A stretch of 64,000 nucleotides of DNA, taken from positions 32,001 through 96,000 of the forward strand of contig CAVWHX010000011.1 of assembly GCA_963754925.1 (NCBI GenBank), written 5' to 3'. The notes below the pieces were generated by a model. It saw only the letters and a program-made list of their open reading frames with translations, did no database searches and was not told the origin of the DNA. Shown here in pieces: positions 39,683 through 50,315 of the stretch. Every line of letters starts with the position of its first letter. Position 1 is the stretch's first letter. The translations under genes and the position numbers were made by a program. The stretch is from an uncultured delta proteobacterium. GTDB lineage: Bacteria; Myxococcota; B64-G9.

Positions 39683-40747
39683 TCACTCCAAAAACATCGC
39701 GTCGCCGTAAGAAAAGAAGCGGTACTCCCGCGCAACCGCCTCCCGATACGCCGCCAGCACCCGATCGCGCCCGCGGAACGCGCACACGAGCATCAGCAGG
39801 GTCGAACCGGGCAAATGAAAATTTGTCAGCAGAGCGTCGATTACTCGAAAGGTCGATCCTGGCCGTAGGAACAGGCGTGTCTCAGAGGCGCCCGGCTGCA
39901 CCCCGCCGTCCCAAAAAGCCGTCTCGAGCGCGCGCACCACGGTAGTACCAACCGCCACCACCCGCTTTCCCTTCCTCTTAGCAGCAGCGATAGCCGCCGC
40001 GGTCTGTGCTGAAATAGTAAAGCGCTCGGCATGCATAACATGCTCATCCAATGCCTCCCCCCGTATTGGTTGGAACGTTCCGAAACCGACGTGGAGCGTT
40101 ATATACGCGAGCTCTACACCGTGCGTTCGTAGCGTACCGAGCAACTCCTCGGTGAAATGGAGGCCGGCGGTCGGCGCCGCTACCGCCCCCGGATCGCGCG
40201 CAAAAACTGTCTGGTAGCGTTCTCGATCCAATTCCTCATTCCCGTTTTTGATTCTGCGCTTGATATAGGGCGGAAGCGGAACCTCGCCATGACGGTTGAG
40301 ATACTCTAGGCTCTCCTGGGGCAGATCTAATACCACGATGACTTCGGCGTTATCCAACGAACGTTCTGCAACCTGCGCGATACCGCCGGCGGGTAGGTAC
40401 ACCTCACTACCCGCCCGCACGGGTTTGGAAGCCTTCCATAAACAACTCCAGCGCTGGTAGAATCTGCCGCCATCAAACCGTGTTGTTCCCACGGGCCGAT
40501 CGAGCAGAATCTCAACCTTTCCGCCGCTCGGCTTACGGCCGTGCAAGCGCGCCGGGATGACCCGGGTATCGTTGAGCACCAATAAATCCCCAGACTTAAG
40601 CAAGCTGCCGAATTCGTGAAAAGAGCGGTGTTCACAGGGGGCGTCGCTTTCGGGTATCACCAGTAACCGGGAGCCGTCCCGACGGGGTGCCGGCGTCTGA
40701 GCAATCAGCCGCTCGGGGAGATCGTACATGAAGTCAGCTACGCGCAT
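39683..40747 (-). CDS. queA: S-adenosylmethionine:tRNA ribosyltransferase-isomerase
   Basis: IAQ-P, PLPPYI, AAPTAGLHF, TNFHLP, FSYGDAM. Confidence 0.96.
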   Translation of the reverse strand: MRVADFMYDLPERLIAQTPAPRRDGSRLLVIPESDAPCEHRSFHEFGSLLKSGDLLVLNDTRVIPARLHGRKPSGGKVEILLDRPVGTTRFDGGRFYQRWSCLWKASKPVRAGSEVYLPAGGIAQVAERSLDNAEVIVVLDLPQESLEYLNRHGEVPLPPYIKRRIKNGNEELDRERYQTVFARDPGAVAAPTAGLHFTEELLGTLRTHGVELAYITLHVGFGTFQPIRGEALDEHVMHAERFTISAQTAAAIAAAKRKGKRVVAVGTTVVRALETAFWDGGVQPGASETRLFLRPGSTFRVIDALLTNFHLPGSTLLMLVCAFRGRDRVLAAYREAVAREYRFFSYGDAMFLE

Positions 40748-41859
40748 TAGTATAACTTCCGGAGCTGACAGCCGGGATAGTAACGCCTGAGAATGGCCCG
40801 GTAATCCTGGCCCCGCAGGGCCATACCTCGCGCACCCCATTGACACATCCCCACCCCATGACCATACCCCCGACCTTGGAATCGTATCGTGCCCCGTTCG
40901 AGCTGCCAGGAAAATCGACCGCTCAAGAGAATGCCACCCAAAAGCACCCGCAGCTGTTCGCGGGTGACAAACAAGCTTTGCCTGCCCTGGTCGGCGCTTA
41001 TCTCCATTCCCGTGCGGCCGCCGGAGCTGGTTGCCTCCCGCACGTCATCAACGCGTGCGTTGCTCTTGCCGGCTTTGGTGAGTATCTCACTGAGCTGCCC
41101 GAGCGTCAGCTCAGCCTTCCACTGAGCATGCGGACAGTCGCGGCAATCGGGGTCCTGCACCGCCACCAGATAGGCGCGCTTACTCCCAAAAACTTCCTCC
41201 GCCGAGCGCGTCCCGCCGCCGCAACAACTATGAAACAACGTTTCGGCCGGAATGTTGCCGTACGTCAGCACCTCGCCGTCCGTTTTTTCCACGGCGGCGC
41301 GCACCTGATCGCCGACCTTAGCGATACCGCTATAAACCTGATCGAGGGTGCCGACCGAGACATCAAAATCCTCACCCTGACGGAAGACCATCCGGCGAAG
41401 GCCAAACGTCCTGGCCGCCACCGCCTGCGCCTTGAGGGCTTCCATCGGCCATTGCTCGCCCATTTCGGCGGCGATCACCCCTTCTATGTAAATCTCAAGC
41501 GGCAGATTGTTGTACACGGCTAACCCGCTTGCGGACCAGGCAACCTCTACTTCACCGGTCAGCCGCCGATCGTCAATCTGCAACGGTCCGTTGCCGGTTA
41601 TGATGACCGACCGCGGTAAGAATTTTATACCCGCGATCTCGATGCCTTCCTTACCGGCGCGCAATTTCGCAGCGCCGTCTTTGGGGCGGATAAGTTCGTC
41701 GCGAACGTCCGCGTCCAGGAGGCGAAGATCCTTGGCCTTGACGGAAAGCTCCTGAAGATTGGCGGCGACCGCCAACCGAATCGAATAATCCCCTTCGGCG
41801 GCAAAAACAAACACCGGAACAAGCAACATCAAAACAACCAAGCAATAAAAAGAACGCAT
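40747..41859 (-). CDS. SpoIID/LytB domain protein
   Basis: EALKAQAVAART, GYGHGVGMCQWGA. Confidence 0.92.
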   Translation of the reverse strand: MRSFYCLVVLMLLVPVFVFAAEGDYSIRLAVAANLQELSVKAKDLRLLDADVRDELIRPKDGAAKLRAGKEGIEIAGIKFLPRSVIITGNGPLQIDDRRLTGEVEVAWSASGLAVYNNLPLEIYIEGVIAAEMGEQWPMEALKAQAVAARTFGLRRMVFRQGEDFDVSVGTLDQVYSGIAKVGDQVRAAVEKTDGEVLTYGNIPAETLFHSCCGGGTRSAEEVFGSKRAYLVAVQDPDCRDCPHAQWKAELTLGQLSEILTKAGKSNARVDDVREATSSGGRTGMEISADQGRQSLFVTREQLRVLLGGILLSGRFSWQLERGTIRFQGRGYGHGVGMCQWGARGMALRGQDYRAILRRYYPGCQLRKLY

Positions 41860-42154
41860 ACATTCTTCTCCAGGTAACACCTGATCAATCGAGCCGAATG
41901 CAACACTCACCGGTAGGGATTGTCAAGTAAGTAAGAAACACTGCGGTGAACCACCCCGCCGAGGATTAACCTATCCGCCTTCTGAATATTCTGATAAATG
42001 ATATGACATACGAAGATAGAAAGAAAATTGTTGTGAAAAATTCGGAAAGAGATTATTTTTTAATTTCAATTAAGTCAAGCGGGATCCGCGATCGAAATAG
42101 TATAAACCAATGATACGTCCTGATGAGGGCTAGTACGTAAAGAAGAGTCACCGA

Positions 42155-44679
42155 ATGTATAAAATACTCACTCCACCAACATTCCCGGATAGTGAACGCA
42201 CCCGTAAGGCGCGGGTGTTTTTTAACCTTGTTGTGGGTTCTGCGCTTATCGTAACCGCAGCAGAAATAATTGAATGTATTGTATTGCCGCACAATATCCT
42301 TCGCTGGCTCTTTAATATCGGTATTTTTGACTTTCTAAGCGTCGGCTGGCTGTTTCTCAACAGAAAAGGATACACCAGGATTGCTTCTATCCTGTTAGTT
42401 GCTACGTGCATGTTATTGAGTTTTATACTGGCGTCGTCGGCTGGAGGCATCAGAGCGCCCGCCATTCAGAATATCCTTATCATTGTGTTAGCTGCCGGGT
42501 TGATACTTGGATGGAAACAAGGATTCTTAGCCGGTTTGGTTGCTATATTAGGTAGCTTGGGTTTTGTCTTAGCGGAGAATTGGGGTATTATGCCGGTGAG
42601 CACGGTTGCTCACAATTCATTAAGTCTATGGATAAATTTTGTCATATGTATCGGTTTGCTTGCTTTGTTGCAATACTTATCTGTGGCGAACCTGGATAAA
42701 GCGCTTCATGAAGCGCAACAAGAGCTCCGCCTTCGTACGCAGGTGGAAGAGACGCTGCGCGAGAGCGAGCGAAAATTCCGCAATCTTTTCGATAATGCGA
42801 TAGAGGGAGTATTTCATACAACATCCGATGGTCGATTAATCAGTGTGAATAGAGCGCTTGCCAAGATGCTGGGTTACGAATCCCCGGAAAAAGCAATCAC
42901 AGCAGTTACTGATATCGCCCGTCAATTGTATGCAAATGCAAATGACAGAAACATTGCCATCGGCATTCTGAAAGAAAACGGATTTCTTAAAGAATTCGAG
43001 ACCCAAATGCGAAAGCAGAACGGGGGAGTTGCTTGGGTTTCCATCAATGCCCGATTGAATAAATCCCCGGACGGCAATACCAGTTTTGAGGGTTTTATTA
43101 CCGACATCACCAAGCGCAAGCAGGTGGAGGAAACGCTGCGAGCCAGCGAGGAGCGCTTCCGGCGCATGTTCGAGCATTCGGCATTGGGCATGGTACTGGT
43201 CTCGCCCGACCTTTGTTTTCTCCAGGCCAACCAAGCGTTTAGCAAAATGCTGGGTTACACCGAATCGGAGTTACAGGAAAAAACATTCCAGGACGTGACC
43301 CTCCCGGAAGACCGATCGATTGGCAACGAACTAGTATACAAGGTTCTATCCGGTGAGCTGGAATCGTTTCACTTCGAAAAACGTTATGTGCGCAAGGATG
43401 GAACCGTGATTTGGGGACTTGTAAGCTCCACATTGATTCGGGACATCCAGGGTAAGCCGCTGCATTTCGTCACCCAAATACAAAACATCAACGAGCGCAA
43501 ACGGGCGGAAGAAGAGAGAGCAAAACTCCAGGACCAGCTGATCCAATCCCAGAAGATGGAATCGGTGGGCCGGCTGGCCGGCGGCGTGGCCCACGATTTC
43601 AACAACATGCTCAGCGTCATCCTCGGCTACACAGAGCTGGCCCTGAACCAAGTGGACCCGGATAATCCGCTCTTTGCCGAATTGCACGAAATCCGGGAAG
43701 CCGCCGGGCGCTCCGCCGAATCTGACTCGGCAGCTGCTGGCCTTTGCGCGCAAGCAGACCATAGCGCCCCGAGTGCTCGACCTGAAAGCAACCGTGGAAG
43801 GCATACTCAAGATGCTCCGGCGGCTCATCGGCGAGGATATCGACCTTGTCTGGCTGCCCAGCACGGAGTCGTGGCCGGTCAACATGGACCATTCCCAGAT
43901 CGACCAGATTCTGGCCAACCTGTGCGTCAATGCCCGGGACGCCATCGCAGGGAACGGCACGATCACGATCGAGACCGGCATGATAACCCTTGACAAGGCC
44001 TACTGCGCCGACCACCCGGACGCTACCCCAGGCGATTATGTGATGCTGGCGGTCAGTGACGACGGTCGCGGCATGGACAAGGAGACCCTGGACAAGATCT
44101 TCGAGCCGTTTTTCACCACCAAAGGAATTGGTCGGGGCACCGGCCTCGGGCTGGCGACGGTCTACGGCATCGTCAAGCAGAACAACGGCTTCATCAACGT
44201 CTTTAGCGAACCGGATCACGGGCACGACCTTCAAGATCTATCTACCCCGGCACACGGCCAAGACTGACCAGATGCGGAAAGTAAGACCAGCCGCTTCGGT
44301 TGCGCGGGGCCACGGAACCATTCTCCTGGTGGAAGACGAGCCCGCGATTCTGAAAGTGACGAGTAAAATGCTGGAGAGTTTCGGCTTCCAGGTGCTGGCC
44401 GTCCAGACGCCGAGCGATGCCATCCGCGTGGCCAAGGAACACGCCGGCGAAATCCGCTTGCTCATATCCGACGTGGTCATGCCCGAGATGAACGGCCTCG
44501 ATCTGGCGAAAAATTTAGCCTCTCTTTACCCGGAAATCAGACACTTGTTCATGTCAGGCTATATCGGCGATGTCATCGCCCACCATCACGTGCTGGACGA
44601 GGGTGTCAATTTCATTCAAAAACCGTTTTCAATGGAAGCCCTGTCCGCCAAAGTCCGTGAGGCCCTTGATAGCAACTAG
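42155..44679 (+). CDS. Hybrid PAS-PAS histidine kinase with receiver domain (frameshifts near 43718 and 44220)
   Basis: AHDFNN H-box, [20 protein letters not shown] receiver, spread over three overlapping ORFs. Confidence 0.88.
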
Positions 44680-44759
44680 GATGAAGAACAATGGGAATGT
44701 CTTGCTGTACTACATGACAAATCGTTTCAGCGTACCAACAGTTGCGCGCTCCCCCCGAT

Positions 44760-45350
44760 CTACCGTCGCTTGTCTCCTCGGCGGGGCGGGGGCTCGGGAG
44801 CGCCCGAGGCGGTTGACAGGGGTCCACCCGACTCGCGGATCTTCCACTCCTCCCAGAGATTCAGGATCAGTGAAACATCTTGGCTCTTAACCTCCTTGCC
44901 CAGGTGGGGGAACTCTCCGGTCATGGCGCCATAGAAGACATGGTAGCGTTCGGGCGTAAAATAACGCAGCAAGGTCTCCCGTCCGTGACTATCCACATCC
45001 AAAAACTCGATTCCCATCCCGGACAGATACTCGCCATGATCCAGCGGGATGGCGTGGGCAACCTGTCCACGGATAGCCAACGACTCGGTCGGGAGCTTGA
45101 GCTCAACCCACAGTTCCAGGCCCGCCTGCAGCAGGAAGGTGCTCTCCACGAACACCCCCCCCAGCCCAAGGTTGCGAGACATGGTGAAGGCCTGGAACTT
45201 CAGACCGCCCTTTTTTGCGTCTTCTGGAATGAATAGTCGGCAGGGAAGATCGATATCGATCCGTTCGTACCGCCGTTTCCTGATCGGGCATGCGCGTTTC
45301 CTCCTCGAGATGGGTTCCTTCGTCAAACCTTCGCTCCCTTGGTTCATCAC
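44760..45350 (-). CDS. PilZ domain protein
   Basis: RRYER and NLGLGG motifs, GMGIEF. Confidence 0.8.
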   Translation of the reverse strand: MMNQGSEGLTKEPISRRKRACPIRKRRYERIDIDLPCRLFIPEDAKKGGLKFQAFTMSRNLGLGGVFVESTFLLQAGLELWVELKLPTESLAIRGQVAHAIPLDHGEYLSGMGIEFLDVDSHGRETLLRYFTPERYHVFYGAMTGEFPHLGKEVKSQDVSLILNLWEEWKIRESGGPLSTASGAPEPPPRRGDKRR

Positions 45351-45417
45351 GGTGCTTACCCAAACGGGAGTTAGACTAACTCTGAAGTTACTCTCCAGTC
45401 AATGATCGAGAGAAATT

Positions 45418-45577
45418 GGTAGTGACTCAGTTTGAGGCTTACGGGTATTCGTCGAACGACACGCGACCGAAACATATTACCCGCTTAACAGTTCAGCATT
45501 CAAAGCGTAAATGGGACCTGGGTGTAGACGGTCGCCTGCCGAACACCCGTAAGCCTCTGGCAAACTGAGTTACTACC
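45418..45577. mobile_element. MITE-like element with two tiers of inverted repeats
   Basis: GGTAGTGACTCAGTTTG / CAAACTGAGTTACTACC enclosing GAGGCTTACGGGTATTCG / CGAACACCCGTAAGCCTC; second copy at 59602-59718. Confidence 0.75.
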
Positions 45578-45952
45578 GAGAAATTCTGAAACGCCGCCAC
45601 CCGTTCCCGACCTTGGGAGAATTCCATATTTTGGGACCCGGCGGCCCCTTGACAGGAAGACTTTCAGGAATATTGTTACCGAGAAGCCGGTTCCACTTGA
45701 CGAAGGAGTGCACCCTCTGATATCGACGTAAAAATATTTTCTGCCGGCGCGATAAATGAAACGTAGGAGCGAGAGACGTGGTTAGGTGAGGGCGCGCATA
45801 GGGGAAAACAGCTTTTGGAATCTCTATCATTAAGGCGCAGCCCCAGTGGTTCGTACGGACCTCCCCCTAGGGGGGCGAGGTTTAATGCCCAGTCGATTGG
45901 AGCGTTGGGAGCAATATCCAGCGCCCCCGGCGCCATTCCCAGGGCACGAGAC

Positions 45953-47337
45953 ATGACCTCCGAACCCAGCCCGCAGGCTCAGGCTCTAACGCTCGCGGTC
46001 CTCCCCGGGGAAGCCCGCTTTCCGGGAACTCCGTTCGAAACCGACCTCGTCGATTCGATCATCGGCCTGGCCATCGCGGCGGGGCTCGCGGTGCTGGTGT
46101 GGGTCACCTTCGTGACCAATGCTTTCCTGCCCGTGCTCCAAGCCGCCGAGGGCCATCTCTGGGCAACCCTGATCCGGCGCCCGAGCGTGCTCTGGGCGGG
46201 CATGGGCACCATACTGCTCCTGCTGCGAACCGCCCTCTGGTTCCGCTACCGGCCCGCTCGGCCGGCCACCCTGGCCGACGCGCCCCCACTCAGCGTCATC
46301 ATCCCCGCCTACAACGAGGGGGCGATGGTGGCGGCCTCCATCGACTCGGTGGCGGCGGCGCACTATCCACACGACCGGCTCGAGATCTTCGTGGTGGACG
46401 ACGGGAGCCGCGACGATACCTGGCGCCACATTCAGCGCGCCGCCAAACGCCATCCGAAGCTCGTCACCGCCCTACGGCTGCCGCGCAACATGGGCAAGCG
46501 CCACGCGCTGGCCGAGGGCTTCCGGCGCGCTTCGGGGAGGTCCTCGTCACCATCGACTCCGACAGCGTGATCGAGCCCGGGGCCCTCCTGGCCCTCGCCG
46601 GCCCCTTTCGCGAAGCGCGCGTGGGCGCCGTGGCCGGAAAGGTCACGGTGCTGAACCGGCGCCACGGCCTCATCCCCCGCATGCTCGCCGTTCGCTTCAT
46701 CCTCTCCTTCGACTTCCTCCGCGCGGTCCAGTCGACCTACGGCACGGTCTACTGCTGTCCCGGCGCGCTGTCCGCCTACCGCGCCAGCGCCGTCCGCGCC
46801 CTGCTCGACCGCTGGCTGAACCAGACCTTCCTGGGATCTCGGTGCACCTACGGCGAGGACCGGGCGCTGACCAACCTGCTGCTCGAATCCCGCCTCGACA
46901 CCGTCTACCAGCGCACCGCGGTGGTGCGCACCGTCGTCCCCCACACCTACGGCAAGCTCTGCCGGATGTATTTGCGCTGGGATCGAAGCTACGTCCGGGA
47001 GGAGATCCGCTACGTGGGAATTGTTTGGCGCCGGCCGCCGCGCGTGCTGTTCCTCTCCCTCTTCGAAACCTTGGTCAACAACCTGCGCTTCCCGGTGTAC
47101 TTCTCCTCCCTGGCGTTCCTGGTGATGCTGGTAGCGGACCACCCCCAGGTGTTCGTGCGGTTGCTCTTCGCCATCGGCCTTTTCTCCTCCTTCAACATGC
47201 TGTACTACCTGCGCAGCGAGCGCTCGATCAACTTCTTCTACGGCATCCTCTACGCCTATCTGGCCCCGTTCACGCTGTTCTGGATCTTCCCGTACGCGCT
47301 GCTCACGGTGCGGGCCCGGGGTTGGTTGACCCGTTGA
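45953..47337 (+). CDS. GT2 processive glycosyltransferase, hyaluronan synthase/NodC-like (frameshift near 46537)
   Basis: IPAYNE, DDGS, GKR, DSD, CCPG, GEDRALT, YLRW. Confidence 0.85.
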
Positions 47338-47454
47338 GAGGTGATTCCCAGAAGCTTCACGATAAAACTTGCCTCCAAGGGAATAGGTTGTTTATTCTCA
47401 CTAACCATATGCAGCACTCCTGACGGGGGGCCAACTAAGAAAGGAATTTTTCTA

Positions 47455-48288
47455 ATGAAAACTCTGATTCGACTTGCGGTGTTTGCCTCGATTCTTGCCG
47501 CGCCATTACTTGCCCGCGCCGATCAACCCGGCCGGCACCCGGCCTTCTTGCATGCGCTGAGCGACCTACGTCACGCGCGCGCCTACATTGAAAGGCCAGC
47601 CAGGCCCGAAATTCAGTGGGATGAGAATACCGCTATCGCAGCGATTGATAGAGCCATCAACGAGATCAAGCGGGCCGCGATCGACGACGGCAAAAACCTC
47701 AATGACCATCCCGGCCTCGATGCCAATCTGAATCACCGCGGCCGGCTGCAACACTCCCTCGAGTTGCTGCGCAAAGCCAAAAGAGACATCGAGGAGAGGG
47801 AAGACAACATGTTCGCCGAGGGCCTGAGGGATCGCGCGATCAGGCACATCGACACGGCGATCAATTTCGTCGAGCAGGCTATCGCTAACGCCCATGGCGA
47901 GCAACCCGGCCCCGGCATGCACCCGGCCTTCTTGCATGCGCTGACCGACTTACGTCACGCGCGCGCCTACCTGGAAAGGCCGGCCAGGCCAGATATTCAG
48001 TGGGACGAGAATACCGCTATTTCAGCGATTGATAGAGCCATCAACGAGATCAAGCGGGCCGCGATCGACGACGGCAAAAACCTCAATGACCATCCCGGCC
48101 TGGACGCCAATCTGAATCACCGCGGCCGGCTGCAACACTCCCTCGAGTTGCTGCGCAAAGCCAAAAGAGACATCGAGGAGAGGGAAGACAACATGTTCGC
48201 CGAGGGCCTGAGGGATCGCGCGATCAGGCACATCGACACGGCGATCAATTTCGTCGAGCAGGCTATCGCCAACGCCCACCGGAGATAG
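47455..48288 (+). CDS. Secreted helical protein made of two near-identical domains
   Basis: Signal peptide; HPAFLHAL...AIANAH unit repeated. Confidence 0.85.
   Translation: MKTLIRLAVFASILAAPLLARADQPGRHPAFLHALSDLRHARAYIERPARPEIQWDENTAIAAIDRAINEIKRAAIDDGKNLNDHPGLDANLNHRGRLQHSLELLRKAKRDIEEREDNMFAEGLRDRAIRHIDTAINFVEQAIANAHGEQPGPGMHPAFLHALTDLRHARAYLERPARPDIQWDENTAISAIDRAINEIKRAAIDDGKNLNDHPGLDANLNHRGRLQHSLELLRKAKRDIEEREDNMFAEGLRDRAIRHIDTAINFVEQAIANAHRR
47536..48278 (+). repeat. Intragenic tandem duplication, period 384 bp
   Basis: 47536-47894 is nearly identical to 47920-48278. Confidence 0.95.
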
Positions 48289-48334
48289 TGTTGTTGCGCG
48301 ACTCCGATCTTGAGCGGAGAAAAGGGCAGCGCAG

Positions 48335-48853
48335 ATGAGTGATGAAACGAAAACGTGTCCGGTATGTGGGGAAACCATTAAGGCGGCGGCGATCAAGTGC
48401 CGGTTCTGCAATACCGATTTGGCCGCCTACTCGGCCGCGAAAGATGCCGAGACCGAGAAGCCCCTGTTCACCGGCCATCCGGCGGTCATCTACAACGTCT
48501 GGCAATGGGTGGCTGTGTTCTTTACGCTCGGCATCGCCTACCTCGTCTACTGGATCCGAAGCATCTCGACGACCTACCAGATAACCACGCAGCGCGTCAG
48601 AATCGAACGGGGCATCCTCTCCAAAACGAAAGAAAACGTCGAGTTGTTTCGGGTCGATCACTTCGACTTGCACAAACCGCTGGGAATGCGGCTTGTCGGT
48701 CACTGCCTCCTCCACCTGCGCTCGTCGGACACAAGCTTTGAGACGGTTATTATCCGCGCCATCCCGAATCTGGAGTCCCTGGCCGACACGTTGCGCGAAT
48801 GCTCGCTTCGCGAGCGTACCAGAAGGCGAGTAACCACGTTCGTCCAGGCGTGA
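48335..48853 (+). CDS. Zinc-ribbon plus bacterial PH domain membrane protein
   Basis: CPVC...[18 protein letters not shown]. Confidence 0.8.
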   Translation: MSDETKTCPVCGETIKAAAIKCRFCNTDLAAYSAAKDAETEKPLFTGHPAVIYNVWQWVAVFFTLGIAYLVYWIRSISTTYQITTQRVRIERGILSKTKENVELFRVDHFDLHKPLGMRLVGHCLLHLRSSDTSFETVIIRAIPNLESLADTLRECSLRERTRRRVTTFVQA

Positions 48854-48974
48854 TAATATTCCCTCACCCCATCAAAAAAATCTAACCTATCGTGCTGTAT
48901 TGACAACTCCACCTATGTGCACAGATTTATTTATACATTCGGCAACCAGACCCGAATGAAACAGGAGGAAAGCC

Positions 48975-49049
48975 ATGAAAAAAATCACCCCATTTTTATG
49001 GTTCGATGGAAAAGCCGAAGAGGCGGCGAATCGCGCTTTCAGCATTTGA
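48975..49049 (+). pseudogene. N-terminal stub of a VOC/PhnB-family protein
   Basis: RBS AGGAGG, then MKKITPFLWFDGKAEEAA and an early stop. Confidence 0.75.
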
Positions 49050-49096
49050 ACAGCTGGGAAACCAAAACAAGCACGAACAAAAGGAGGGACAAAAAA

Positions 49097-49909
49097 ATGA
49101 AAGCAAATTTCAAACTCGGCAAAAAGGCCGCCACGTATGACAAGCGCGACCTTCTGTTTGCGCAGTATCGAACCACAGAGGCGCTTCCCTCGCATCCGAA
49201 ACATTTCGGCCATGAGAAACTCGTCGGGGCGAATGCCTGGAAGATGCTCGGCAACGGCCCTGACAATACTGTTTCGAAGGGATTCAAAGGCGCGGGCGAT
49301 TGCGTCTTCGCGGGCGGAGATCACGAAACGATGTTGTGGACTTTGGAAGGCGGCACCCCGGCGAAATTTACCGGCGCCGACGCAATCAAGGATTACAGCG
49401 CCGTAACCGGCTACGACCCCAAGGCCCCTCTTGACGAAAATGGAAACAATCCCACCGACCAAGGAACCAATACTCGCGACGCGCTTAAATACCGGCAGAA
49501 CACCGGCTTGATAGACGCGGTGAGTAAGCGGCACAAAATCGGAGCCTACGTCGCCCTGGAGCTGGGCAACCTGGACCAGCTTCTCGATGCGCTTTATCTG
49601 TTCGGAGTCGTGGGTATCGGCATCAAGTTCCCGGATTCGGCGATGGATCGGTTCAATGCCGGAAAGCCGTGGAGCGTCGTGCCGGGCCCCGCTCCCATAG
49701 AAGGTCATTACATTCCCCTGGTTGCGTATCGCACGAACCTGGAATGCGTGACGTGGGGTCGCATTCAGCAGATGACGTCTCAGTTTTACAAGACCTACTG
49801 CGATGAAGCTTGGGCGATTCTCTCTCCGGAAATGCTCAAGGCGGGGAAGTCGCTTGAAGGCTTCGACCTCGCACAACTTCAGGCTGACCTGAAGGCACTC
49901 AATGGTTGA
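49097..49909 (+). CDS. Putative papain-like cysteine peptidase
   Basis: GDCVFAG, EGHYI, VTWG. Confidence 0.6.
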   Translation: MKANFKLGKKAATYDKRDLLFAQYRTTEALPSHPKHFGHEKLVGANAWKMLGNGPDNTVSKGFKGAGDCVFAGGDHETMLWTLEGGTPAKFTGADAIKDYSAVTGYDPKAPLDENGNNPTDQGTNTRDALKYRQNTGLIDAVSKRHKIGAYVALELGNLDQLLDALYLFGVVGIGIKFPDSAMDRFNAGKPWSVVPGPAPIEGHYIPLVAYRTNLECVTWGRIQQMTSQFYKTYCDEAWAILSPEMLKAGKSLEGFDLAQLQADLKALNG

Positions 49910-50013
49910 GGGTTGTTGATACTTGCCGGACATGATGCCATGCCATTATTTTGGCGGTCGAACGGGTTTACGGGCGCAACAAATCCCGCATCCCTGAGGT
50001 GCAGTGCCCTGTG

Positions 50014-50093
50014 GCGTGAACGAAGTGAACCTCGAAGAGAGCAAATAGAACATCTACCGCCTCCCTGATGCGCGAACGAAGTGAGCCTCGAAG
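50014..50093. repeat. Two direct 24-bp REP-like copies GCG(T/C)GAACGAAGTGA(A/G)CCTCGAAG
   Basis: 50014-50037 and 50070-50093. Confidence 0.75.
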
Positions 50094-50315
50094 GCGGCGG
50101 CATAATAGAAAAAAGTTGTTGTGAAAAGTTCATCAAGAGATTATGTCTTATTTCAAATAGTCCAACCGGGATCCATAAGGGTACAAGATGGCGGGTAATA
50201 AAAACGCCGGATTAATCGTCATTGCATCGAGCCCCGAACGAATCCCTAGAATTGTCGTGTTAAGCGGAAACCATAGAATATTTTTTATGTGTCTTAGTCT
50301 TAGAGAGCGGTAGCC

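Noticed and set aside
42118..42155. CTGATGAG as a hammerhead ribozyme core
   Set aside because: No matching stem II followed by GAAA and no closing stems
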